From positions 2,378 through 66,377 of the forward strand of contig PIVJ01000003.1 of the NCBI GenBank assembly GCA_003353955.1: 64,000 bases of DNA. The letters run 5' to 3'. Positions 39,870 through 48,565 of this stretch are shown in pieces. The DNA comes from Bacteroidota bacterium. GTDB lineage: Bacteria > Bacteroidota > Bacteroidia > Bacteroidales > GCA-2711565. The position numbers were made by a program, and so were the translations under genes. The notes under the pieces are model-generated. The model was not told the origin of the DNA. It was given only the letters and a program-made list of their open reading frames with translations, and ran no database searches. Every line of letters starts with the position of its first letter. Position 1 is the stretch's first letter.

Positions 39870-41708
39870 ATGTGTGGAATTGTTGGATATGTCGGAAACA
39901 AAGAAGCCCTACCCATTCTAATTAAAGGATTAAAACGTCTTGAATATCGTGGATATGATAGCGCAGGAATTGCATTAATAAATGGTGGGCTTAATGTTTA
40001 TAAAAATAAGGGGAAAGTTGCTGATCTTGAAGCAATTTTATCCGAAAAAGACACGAGTGGAGATGTAGGGATCGCCCATACCAGATGGGCTACCCATGGA
40101 GAGCCCACTGCTATAAATGCACATCCCCACTATTCGGAAAGCAAGGATATTGCCATAATTCATAATGGCATCATTGAAAACTATTCGTCTTTAAAAGAAG
40201 AATTAATTAATCGTGGCTATAAATTTAACAGCGATACCGACACAGAAGTACTGGTTTATTTAATTGAAGATATTCAAAAAAATGAGGGTGTTAAATTATT
40301 TGAGGCTACACGTATTGCGCTCAATCAGGTTATTGGAGCATATGCAATCGTTTTAATTTCAAGTAAAGAACCTGATCTATTAGTAGCTGCGCGCAAAGGA
40401 AGTCCTTTGGTAATTGGTATTGGCAACAACGATTATTACATAGCATCCGATGCTTCTCCAATTATTGATTACACCAGAAATGTCGTATATCTTAAGGAAG
40501 AAGAAGTGGCCTTAGTAAGACGAAACAGGGAGCTACAAATAAAAACTATAAAAAATAAAGTCAAAACACCCTATATTCAGAAATTGGAAATAAGCCTCAG
40601 TACCATTGAAAAAGGAGGTTTTGAGCACTTTATGCTTAAAGAAATATACGAACAACCAAGATCTATCAGAGATAGTTTTAGGGGTAGGCTTAATCTGGAG
40701 AAAGGCATTGTTTCATTAGGTGGAATAATTGATTATGAGCAAAAATTAATAAACGCCAAACGAATATTAATTGTAGCTTGTGGCACTTCCTGGCATGCCG
40801 GACTTGTTGGAGAATATTTATTTGAAGATTTAGCAAGAATTCCGGTTGAGGTAGAATATGCTTCAGAATTCAGATATAGAAATCCAGTAATTACTGAAGA
40901 TGATATTGTTATCGCCATATCGCAATCGGGTGAAACAGCTGATACATTGGCGGCAATTAATTTGGCGAAATCAAAAGGAGCAACAATTTTAGGGATATGT
41001 AATGTAGTTGGTTCATCAATTGCAAGAGCTACTCATGCTGGTGTGTATACACATGCCGGGCCTGAAATTGGAGTAGCATCCACAAAAGCTTTTACGGCTC
41101 AGGTTACAGTGTTAACATTAATGGCCTTAGCCATAGCTCAAAAAAAAGGAAGTATTTCTCAATCTCGTTTTCAAAACCTGATTTATGAACTTGATGCAGT
41201 TCCTGAAAAAGTTGAACAGACCTTACAAGAGAGTCAACAAATAGTTGAAATTGCTGAGAAACTTAAAGATGTGCGAAACTTCTTATATTTAGGGAGAGGA
41301 TACAATTTCCCCATTGCTCTGGAAGGAGCACTTAAGCTTAAAGAAATTTCCTATATCCATGCTGAAGGTTATCCAGCGGCTGAAATGAAACACGGACCTA
41401 TTGCATTAATAGATGAATTAATGCCGGTTGTGTTTATTGCAACCAACAAAGGCACCTATGAAAAAGTGATCAGTAATATCATGGAGGTGAAAGCCCGAAA
41501 AGGACAAATAATTGCCATTGTTACTGAGGGAGACGTTGCCGTTAAAAAATTAGCGAAATATATAATTGAAATTCCAGAGTGTGATGAATTACTGGTTCCA
41601 TTGCTGGCCATTATTCCTTTACAAAAATTATCTTATCACATAGCAGCAATGAGGGGTTGTAACGTCGACCAACCGAGGAACCTGGCTAAATCTGTTACGG
41701 TGGAATAG
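39870..41708 (+). CDS. glmS: Glutamine--fructose-6-phosphate aminotransferase
   Basis: 612 aa with the MCGIVGY Ntn-amidotransferase N-terminus, two SIS domains and the C-terminal PRNLAKSVTVE. Confidence 0.97.
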   Translation: MCGIVGYVGNKEALPILIKGLKRLEYRGYDSAGIALINGGLNVYKNKGKVADLEAILSEKDTSGDVGIAHTRWATHGEPTAINAHPHYSESKDIAIIHNGIIENYSSLKEELINRGYKFNSDTDTEVLVYLIEDIQKNEGVKLFEATRIALNQVIGAYAIVLISSKEPDLLVAARKGSPLVIGIGNNDYYIASDASPIIDYTRNVVYLKEEEVALVRRNRELQIKTIKNKVKTPYIQKLEISLSTIEKGGFEHFMLKEIYEQPRSIRDSFRGRLNLEKGIVSLGGIIDYEQKLINAKRILIVACGTSWHAGLVGEYLFEDLARIPVEVEYASEFRYRNPVITEDDIVIAISQSGETADTLAAINLAKSKGATILGICNVVGSSIARATHAGVYTHAGPEIGVASTKAFTAQVTVLTLMALAIAQKKGSISQSRFQNLIYELDAVPEKVEQTLQESQQIVEIAEKLKDVRNFLYLGRGYNFPIALEGALKLKEISYIHAEGYPAAEMKHGPIALIDELMPVVFIATNKGTYEKVISNIMEVKARKGQIIAIVTEGDVAVKKLAKYIIEIPECDELLVPLLAIIPLQKLSYHIAAMRGCNVDQPRNLAKSVTVE

Positions 41709-41907
41709 TATTTTTCAAGAGATAACAGAATAAATTTAGTCCTTTTGGAATTCATCCTTATCTGAAAGAGACTCCTCATTAATTTTCGGCTTAGCAGCTT
41801 TATTATGATTAATCCTTTTTGATTCATCTGTAGCCGTATAAACGTTCTCTTAACCCAACTTGCAAACACGCACCTGTAACATCCTCTGTAACAGCGCAAA
41901 TCAATTT

Positions 41908-42312
41908 ATGTTTTTACATTTGGGGCACTACTTTCTTGTTTTCGGCTTCGTCCTTACAATTTTTATTTATTATACAAGTATAAAACATTTTACAGATAAA
42001 GGCAGTAGTAAATATAGGACTTACGATCAATTTGTCACCTTAACTTTCGGACAGCTTAATAAGTGTCAGAGTCTGAATGATATATCGGCAGGAATAGGTG
42101 TTAGTGAAACTTTCATAAAAGACCTTGGTTTAACCCAAATCCCTGCACGTTCCACAATAAGTGATGGTAACAAAAACAGAGATTGGCACGTATTTGAGAG
42201 TCTGTATTATCGTTTGTTAAGTCATTATAAATCGGTGCACAATCCCTCCAGTATCACAAATTACCCTCACCGACAGTCTGCAGTACAATCTGCTTTTGTA
42301 CAGTTCCAGTGA
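41908..42312 (+). pseudogene. IS4-family (DUF4372-type) transposase, N-terminal fragment only
   Basis: KYRTYDQFVTLTFGQLNKCQSLNDISAGI...LGLTQIPARSTISDGNKNRDWHVFESLYYRLLSHY matches the N-terminal about 110 aa of Bacteroidota DUF4372 transposases. Similarity is lost after about 42240 and the DDE domain is absent. Confidence 0.65.
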
Positions 42313-42397
42313 GAAAAAAAACGACCACATCCATCTGTACATCCATTAGAGTAGTAGTCTTGTTGCTCTTGATCAATCCTTCCACCTTTAGCATTAT

Positions 42398-42931
42398 TCA
42401 TTTGAATCCTTCTGGATAAATCCAGAACAGCAATCTCAGTCCTAAAAAAAATCCATTTGTATCATATTTATCAACTAGCGGGGCAATTCCAATAACCTTT
42501 TTATCAATTACCAAACTTTCTTCATCAATATACCATTCTTCCAAAAACCGAATTTTTGTAATGTCAGAAAATTCAAATCGCGAGATGATAATGGTATCAA
42601 ATTCGGCATAAGGAGGATAATCACGAGTTAGTGTTCGATAGGTTGTATCCACACCAATACTTTTAACTTCTTCTGTGCTGAGTGGCTTGTTAAAATAATC
42701 AAATACTTTAATTTTTCCAGCGTAAGCAGATTCAAGTAAATTTGAAATATACTTTTCTCGCCGGGATCTTTCAACATTTTGTACCCACCAATTATAATTA
42801 GGATTAGGACTTTTTATGGATACATCATATTGAATTTTCTGAGTCAGTACAGTTTTCGACTTCAACCGCGTGCACGAATTTAACATAAAAATACTAAACA
42901 AAAATATTATTAGGGCTATGATCCTTCTCAT
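42398..42931 (-). CDS. Orphan lipoprotein of unknown function (C-terminal block reminiscent of GldN/PorN)
   Basis: 177 aa with a signal peptide and LNSC lipobox. The block IRFLEEWYIDEESLVIDKKVIGIAPL...LFWIYPE resembles the GldN-type motif as I remember it. It sits between IS fragments on the opposite strand. Confidence 0.55.
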   Translation of the reverse strand: MRRIIALIIFLFSIFMLNSCTRLKSKTVLTQKIQYDVSIKSPNPNYNWWVQNVERSRREKYISNLLESAYAGKIKVFDYFNKPLSTEEVKSIGVDTTYRTLTRDYPPYAEFDTIIISRFEFSDITKIRFLEEWYIDEESLVIDKKVIGIAPLVDKYDTNGFFLGLRLLFWIYPEGFK

Positions 42932-43220
42932 TATTTTAAAGAATAAGGGTAGTTATTTACCTGCCTTTTTCAATCAGAGTTAATTCATACTGCGAAAGTA
43001 TAAAAAGAATTGGATGTGTATTAACATTTCAGCATATTGCTTGTGAATAACTTTTATGTTTAGTTGATTTATATCTCTGGTATACTGGCGTACTTGAGTG
43101 ATTGTTTTTTGTTGAAGCCAAATATTAGGTTCTCCATGGGCTGTTCTTCTGAAATCAAGCAATATCAACAATTTTTACATTTTCTTTTTGGTAACTATCA
43201 GGCTAAAAAGTTGGAAATAA

Positions 43221-43652
43221 ATCGTTATCCTAACTATTTTTGAAGAAAGGGTAAGACGACGAAAACAAATTGAAGACAGGTACAGGTTCATTTGTAATAT
43301 TGGTGAAAAATCTGAACCTCCACCAAAGAAAACATCTGGGAAAAGAGGTAGGTATAAACGAACTAAAGGTCGAAATCTTGTTGAGCGCTTAATTAGGGAA
43401 TAGGGGGCAGTTCTAGCATTCGTCTTCAATAAGGAGGTGCCTTTTACTAACAATCTTGCCGAGAGAGATATTAGGCCTGCAAAAGTAAAACAGAAAAACT
43501 CAAATTGCTTTCGTACTTTTAAAGGGGCAGAAATTTATGCCAGAATTGAAAGTTTTGTTTCTACTGCAAGAAAACATGATCGTAATGTCTTCTCCGAGTT
43601 ATGTACTGCCTTTAAAGGGTATAATTTTATTACGGATGGACATACCTCCTAA
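43221..43652 (+). pseudogene. IS66-family transposase, C-terminal fragment with in-frame stop
   Basis: The frame reads ...PPPKKTSGKRGRYKRTKGRNLVERLIRE*GAVLAFVFNKEVPFTNNLAERDIRPAKVKQKNSNCFRTFKGAEIYARIESFVSTARKH, with TAG at 43401..43403. This matches the conserved C-terminal region of IS66-family transposases; the N-terminal about 350 aa are missing. Confidence 0.7.
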
Positions 43653-43745
43653 ATAATTACCTTTGATCAAAAAATTGCACTTGCTAGTTGAATTTACCTC
43701 CGGTATTGAATAACACATTTAAATTACAGACTTGAATTAATGCAC

Positions 43746-43753
43746 TACTTTTG
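43746..43753 (+). promoter_or_regulatory. -7 promoter box (TACTTTTG) for the M16 peptidase / O-methyltransferase pair
   Basis: TAnnTTTG 18 nt upstream of the ATG at 43771. Confidence 0.5.
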
Positions 43754-43770
43754 CTTTCTTTAAGGAAATT

Positions 43771-45006
43771 ATGTCCAGACAATATTTTATACTAAAAAAC
43801 GGAATTCGACTGATACACGAATACAATGCTTGTGAAATAGCACATTGTGGAGTGATTATTAATGCGGGTTCCAGAGACGAGACAGTTAGCGAAAGTGGCA
43901 TTGCTCATTTTATCGAGCATGTTATTTTTAAAGGAACAACAAAAAGAAAGGCTTTCCATATATTAAGTAGACTTGAAAATATTGGTGCCGAACTCAATGC
44001 TTTTACAACCAAAGAAGAAACCTGTATTTATTCATCTTTTTTAAATCCATATTACGAACGATCACTGGAGTTATTCTCTGATATCTTATTCAATTCTACA
44101 TTTCCGGAGAAAGAGATTCAGAAAGAAAAAGAAATAGTTTTGGATGAAATAAATTCTTTTAAAGATTCACCTTCCGAGCAAATATTTGACGACTTTGAGG
44201 AGTTGCTATTTAATGAGCATCCGATCGCTCATAATATATTGGGCAGACCGGAACTGGTTAAAGTATTTCATAAAAAGGACATTCAGAAATTCATTGCTAA
44301 TAATTATCATACTGATCAAATTATTATAAGTTCTGTTGGAAATATTGATTTTACGAAACTTATTAACCTGATTGAAAAATATTTTGGACATATCCCATCA
44401 AATCTTAGGAAATCTGAGCGAGAAAAGGTAATCGTTTATCAGCCCGAACAAAAACAAGTATGCAGGCAAAATCATTTGGCGCATTGTATAATAGGCAATA
44501 TCGCGTATTCAAGTACTGATGTGAACAGGCTCGGACTTGTTCTTTTAAATAACATTTTGGGTGGCCCCGGATTAAATTCTCGACTGAATTTGGCTTTAAG
44601 AGAGAGGCACGGTTACACCTACGATATTGAATCACACTATCAGCCGTATTCAGATACAGGTGTGTTCTGTATTTATTTCGGCACCGATTCAGAAAACCTT
44701 AGAAAATCTATAACCTTAGTTGAAAAGGAATTATTAGATTTACGCAAAAGTAAACTCGGCACTTTACAATTGAGCAGAGCGAAACAACAAATTGCAGGGC
44801 AGTTGGCAATTTCATTGGAATCGAATGCGAACGTGATGTTAAGTAATGGAAGGCGATTGTTTCAAGTTGAAAGAATTGAAAGCGTTAAAGAAATCATCGA
44901 TTCAATAAACTCACTAACTGCTGAAAATCTTTTGGAGATCGCTAATGAAATATTTTACCCGAGTAAGCTGAGTACATTAATCTATAATCCAAACTTAAAT
45001 GATTGA
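43771..45006 (+). CDS. M16 family (insulinase-like) zinc peptidase
   Basis: 411 aa with the inverted zincin motif HFIEH followed by the FKGT block, and two M16 halves. Confidence 0.85.
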   Translation: MSRQYFILKNGIRLIHEYNACEIAHCGVIINAGSRDETVSESGIAHFIEHVIFKGTTKRKAFHILSRLENIGAELNAFTTKEETCIYSSFLNPYYERSLELFSDILFNSTFPEKEIQKEKEIVLDEINSFKDSPSEQIFDDFEELLFNEHPIAHNILGRPELVKVFHKKDIQKFIANNYHTDQIIISSVGNIDFTKLINLIEKYFGHIPSNLRKSEREKVIVYQPEQKQVCRQNHLAHCIIGNIAYSSTDVNRLGLVLLNNILGGPGLNSRLNLALRERHGYTYDIESHYQPYSDTGVFCIYFGTDSENLRKSITLVEKELLDLRKSKLGTLQLSRAKQQIAGQLAISLESNANVMLSNGRRLFQVERIESVKEIIDSINSLTAENLLEIANEIFYPSKLSTLIYNPNLND

Positions 45007-45634
45007 TCCAGAAATAGAAATATATGCAGAGGAACACACGTCATCTGAAAATGATGTGCTGTACAAACTAAACCGGGAAACACACCTGAAGGTTATTCAT
45101 CCGCGTATGCTTTCAGGGCATTTGCAAGGAAAATTATTGGAGATGATTAGTTGTATGATTCAGCCAATGCAGATTTTAGAGATTGGTACTTTTACCGGAT
45201 ATTCAGCGATTTGTTTATCGAAGGGATTAAAGCGGGGAGGCAAACTTCATACGATTGAGCACAATCCTGAATTGAAAAAAATAGCTTGTGATGCATTCAA
45301 ACAAGCCGGAATTGAGAACAACATAAATTATCATCTGGGAAATGCGTTGGATGTTATTCCTAAAATAGATGAAATGTTTGACCTGGTTTTCATTGATGCA
45401 GACAAAGAAAATTATCTAACATATTACAAGCTGATTTTTGATAAAGTAACAAAGGGTGGATTTATATTGGCAGATAATGCACTATGGTCGGGGAAGGTTC
45501 TTGAATCTCCGGAAATTAAAGATAAGAAAACCAAAGGCCTTATTGCATTTAATGATTTTGTACAGCAGGACAAAAGGGTTGAAAATGGTTTATTAATAGT
45601 ACGGGATGGAATCATGGTCGTGAGAAAACAATAA
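44999..45634 (+). CDS. Class I SAM-dependent O-methyltransferase (caffeoyl-CoA OMT-like)
   Basis: 211 aa with the SAM motif ILEIGTFTGYSA and the metal/acid block FIDADKENY. It overlaps the M16 gene by 8 nt. Confidence 0.85.
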   Translation: MIDPEIEIYAEEHTSSENDVLYKLNRETHLKVIHPRMLSGHLQGKLLEMISCMIQPMQILEIGTFTGYSAICLSKGLKRGGKLHTIEHNPELKKIACDAFKQAGIENNINYHLGNALDVIPKIDEMFDLVFIDADKENYLTYYKLIFDKVTKGGFILADNALWSGKVLESPEIKDKKTKGLIAFNDFVQQDKRVENGLLIVRDGIMVVRKQ

Positions 45635-45880
45635 TCAGGTTCTCATTTACTTACTATTTTCTTATATGGACTTCTAATGTTCTTTTTGGTTTCTCTAAAG
45701 TGCTCAATAAAGTCAATTGTGTTATTCATCTTTTTCAATTGCAGATTCACTGATAATATTATCCTTTGTGTGCTTCATGAATAAATCTTTAATTTGTAAA
45801 GCATAATGTCTAAACGATAAATCATTGTGATCCCCTTTAATTGGTTTGAATACGTGCTCAAATGAGTATTTATTGTTTTG

Positions 45881-45942
45881 TAACTAATCAGTGTGCAAGC
45901 TAGCAATAATTTTTAATGAGCTTAGTACATACTGATTAGTTA
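45881..45942. repeat. Inverted repeat: 12-nt perfect arms TAACTAATCAGT / ACTGATTAGTTA, 38-nt spacer
   Basis: Arms lie at 45881..45892 and 45931..45942, with an inner AAGCT/AGCTT pairing. It sits in a 544-nt non-coding gap at the edge of a gene relic. Confidence 0.8.
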
Positions 45943-46061
45943 TAGTTATTTTAACAGTAAATATTTGGTGAAATAGAAATAAGGAAATGCAATTACGATA
46001 TTTATATTAATAAAGATTGATTTTAAAAGTGAGGTGATTTAAAACTAAAATTCAGTTGTGA

Positions 46062-46095
46062 AAATAAAAAAAGAGCGTAACATTTGTCACACTCT
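46062..46095 (-). terminator. Rho-independent terminator (minus strand) downstream of the PH/GRAM-like gene
   Basis: On the minus-strand RNA: an 8-bp stem AGAGUGUG/UACGCUCU (two G.U) with an 8-nt loop, followed by UUUUUUAUUU. The two wobble positions are mismatches on the plus strand, so it is strand-specific. Confidence 0.6.
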
Positions 46096-46178
46096 TCCGG
46101 GATTGTTATGTATAGAATTGATATAAAAATAGTAAAGGATTTCTACATCAATGGATTTTCCAGTATTCATTAATTTTG

Positions 46179-46487
46179 TTAACACATTTTATTGATCATC
46201 AAACTCCATGAGTCGCGATTTTTAACGGTAAAATTTAGTTCTTTACCATTTTTTGTTACCACACTTAAGCCATTTGGGAAAAACATTTTTGTTTTAAAAT
46301 ATAATAATTCGCGAATTTCTTCAGGTTCGATTTCTAAATTGAATTTAGTTTGTTTTTCAGTAGATGTTTTGAAATACATTCGTTGGTTAGTCAGGATTAA
46401 TTTCCCTTTTACTTGGTTATCTGTAACTAAATATTGAGCATCTCCTGCTTTTGTTACGACTTCATTTGCATATAATTCAATGGTCAT
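46179..46487 (-). CDS. Small PH/GRAM-like domain protein
   Basis: 102 aa. The GKLILTNQRMYFKT pattern followed by beta-rich segments resembles GRAM / bacterial PH domains. Monocistronic, flanked by long AT-rich gaps. Confidence 0.5.
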   Translation of the reverse strand: MTIELYANEVVTKAGDAQYLVTDNQVKGKLILTNQRMYFKTSTEKQTKFNLEIEPEEIRELLYFKTKMFFPNGLSVVTKNGKELNFTVKNRDSWSLMINKMC

Positions 46488-46518
46488 GGTAATTATTTTT
46501 AATAATATTCACGAAACA

Positions 46519-46557
46519 TTTGGCATAATAAATTGCATTTATTATGCCAAAATTTTT
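46519..46557. terminator. Perfect 15-bp hairpin between radA stop and the PH/GRAM gene start
   Basis: TTTGGCATAATAAAT-tgc-ATTTATTATGCCAAA (46519..46551) followed by ATTTTT on the plus strand. It lies 107 nt downstream of the radA stop and probably serves as the radA terminator or a bidirectional insulator. Confidence 0.5.
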
Positions 46558-46657
46558 AACTCATTGTTAAAGAGTATAAAAGAGTCGTTTTACCCTATTT
46601 AGAAGTTATAAAAGGTGTGCGGTTATGAAGTGAAAGTGTTCGTTTTCAAACGGTTTA

Positions 46658-48028
46658 TCAGGTAAATAATTGCTGAAATAGCTCTTCAATTTTATTAACA
46701 GGTGTGATTGTAATCGTTGGATGATCAATATCGATCCCTTTTACATTATATTTTGATACGAAGATCTGTGTAAATCCTAATTTTTCAGCTTCAAGAATTC
46801 TGTGGTCAATGCGATTTACGGGCCTGATTTCTCCGGAAAGTCCAACTTCGGCTGCAAAGCAATTTTTTTGATCAATCGCTATATCCTCACTTGATGAAAG
46901 AATGGCACAGACAACCGCAAGATCCAATGCCGGATCAACTATTTTTATTCCTCCTGCAATATTTAAAAATACATCTTTAGCTCCTAGCCTGAAGCCACTC
47001 CGTTTTTCGAGTACAGCCAATAACATATTTAATCTTCTCAAATCAAAACCAGTTGAGGAGCGTTGTGGCGTCCCATACGCTGCCGAGCTAACCAGTGCCT
47101 GTATTTCTATTAACATTGGCCGAATACCCTCAATGGTTGATGCAATGGCAACGCCACTCACATTTTCATCACGTTGTGAAATAAGTATTTCGGATGGATT
47201 GGAAACTTCGCGTAAACCATTGCTTAGCATTTCAAATATTCCCAATTCTGATGTAGAACCAAATCTGTTTTTGGTTGATCTTAAAATCCGGTATCCATAA
47301 TTTCGATCGCCTTCAAATTGCAAAACAGTATCCACCATATGCTCTAGGATTTTTGGTCCGGCAAGGCTTCCGTCTTTGGTGATATGTCCAATTAAGAAAA
47401 CAGGCGTTTGTGTTATTTTAGAATATTTTTGAAGTTCAGCAGCACATTCTCGTACTTGTGAAATACTTCCTGCCGATGATTCAATGTAGTCGGTATGTAA
47501 AGTTTGAATGGAGTCAATAATAAGCACGTCCGGTTTTAATTGCTCAACTTGACTGAAAATATTTTGTGTTGAGGTTTCAGTTAAAATATAACAATGATCG
47601 CTGGAAAGTTTTACACGCTCTGATCGCATTTTAATTTGCTGTCCGCTTTCTTCTCCCGTAACGTATAAAACTTTAATCTTATTCATTTTTAGAGCAAGCT
47701 GAAGCATTAAGGTTGATTTTCCAATTCCGGGCTCACCTCCTATTAAGATTAACGATCCGGCAACCATTCCTCCTCCAAGTACCCGATTTAATTCTTCGCT
47801 AGAGGTATCAATCCTGTTTTCTGAATTGAGTTCGAAATCATTAATAAGCCTTGGCTTTATTTTATCTCTTAGTGAATTACCCGATAAACCGAATGATTTT
47901 GGAGATTCCTTATGAATTACTTCTTCAACATAGGTGTTCCATTCATTACAGGCAGGGCAATTTCCTATCCATTTCGAAGACTGGGCACCACAATTCTGAC
48001 AAAAAAATAAAATCTTGGTTTTGGCCAT
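46658..48028 (-). CDS. radA: DNA repair protein RadA (Sms)
   Basis: 456 aa with an N-terminal zinc finger (CQNCGAQSSKWIGNCPACNEW), Walker A GGEPGIGKSTL, the KNRFG motif and a Lon-like C-terminal domain. Confidence 0.95.
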   Translation of the reverse strand: MAKTKILFFCQNCGAQSSKWIGNCPACNEWNTYVEEVIHKESPKSFGLSGNSLRDKIKPRLINDFELNSENRIDTSSEELNRVLGGGMVAGSLILIGGEPGIGKSTLMLQLALKMNKIKVLYVTGEESGQQIKMRSERVKLSSDHCYILTETSTQNIFSQVEQLKPDVLIIDSIQTLHTDYIESSAGSISQVRECAAELQKYSKITQTPVFLIGHITKDGSLAGPKILEHMVDTVLQFEGDRNYGYRILRSTKNRFGSTSELGIFEMLSNGLREVSNPSEILISQRDENVSGVAIASTIEGIRPMLIEIQALVSSAAYGTPQRSSTGFDLRRLNMLLAVLEKRSGFRLGAKDVFLNIAGGIKIVDPALDLAVVCAILSSSEDIAIDQKNCFAAEVGLSGEIRPVNRIDHRILEAEKLGFTQIFVSKYNVKGIDIDHPTITITPVNKIEELFQQLFT

Positions 48029-48064
48029 TCAGCTTTGATTTAGCAAAAGATTAAAGATATGAAA

Positions 48065-48559
48065 TTATTCTTCTTCTTTAATCTTATTAATGATTTGAGT
48101 GGTGGAATATCCGACGAGAAAGTCAATCGTTTCAATACCACCACCACCGGCCTTTAAAATATCGTATCCAACAATTTCTTCTACCTTGTAATCCCTACCT
48201 TTTACAAGTATATCAGGCTGAATAAATTTTATTAGTTCGTAGGGTGTTTCTTCATCAAAAAGAATAATGGCATCAACAAAAAACAAAGAAGCTAAAATTT
48301 GAGATCTTGATTTTTCATCTGTGACGGGGCGATTGGATCCTTTTATTCTTTTTACTGACGAATCAGAGTTCACACCAATGATTAAAACATCTCCTTTATC
48401 TGCAGCTTTTGATAAGTAATCAATGTGTCCGCGATGAAGTATATCGAAACAACCATTGGTGAAAATGATTTTTTTATCCTTAGTTCTCCAATCTTGTAAT
48501 TGATCAAATAAGGATTTCAGATTAAAAATTTTACTAGTAAGAACTTCCAGCTTTTTCAT
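48065..48559 (-). CDS. D-glycero-beta-D-manno-heptose 1-phosphate adenylyltransferase-like cytidylyltransferase (RfaE domain II type)
   Basis: 164 aa with the FTNGCFDILHRGHIDYL nucleotidyltransferase motif and the RfaE-II-like remainder. Confidence 0.8.
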   Translation of the reverse strand: MKKLEVLTSKIFNLKSLFDQLQDWRTKDKKIIFTNGCFDILHRGHIDYLSKAADKGDVLIIGVNSDSSVKRIKGSNRPVTDEKSRSQILASLFFVDAIILFDEETPYELIKFIQPDILVKGRDYKVEEIVGYDILKAGGGGIETIDFLVGYSTTQIINKIKEEE

Positions 48560-48565
48560 GATTAG

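Larger units (their letters stand above)
41860..43652. mobile_element. Decayed insertion-sequence cluster (IS4-family 5' fragment + IS66-family 3' fragment flanking a lipoprotein gene)
   Basis: Two non-overlapping transposase fragments from different IS families, both truncated. No intact transposase and no recognisable paired terminal repeats. Confidence 0.6.

Noticed and set aside
41636-41899. 87-aa minus-strand ORF overlapping the glmS 3' end and the IS4 fragment leader.
   Set aside because: It overlaps the conserved glmS C-terminus and has no motifs. It is probably spurious, although the 41709..41907 stretch may contain an IS terminal sequence.
42980-43453. Minus-strand ORFs of 63 aa (42980..43171) and 92 aa (43175..43453).
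   Set aside because: The second is antisense to the IS66 transposase fragment. The first lies in degenerate IS66-like sequence. Neither has recognisable motifs.
46902-47300. 132-aa ORF antisense to radA.
   Set aside because: It is embedded opposite the conserved RadA ATPase domain, with no independent signals.
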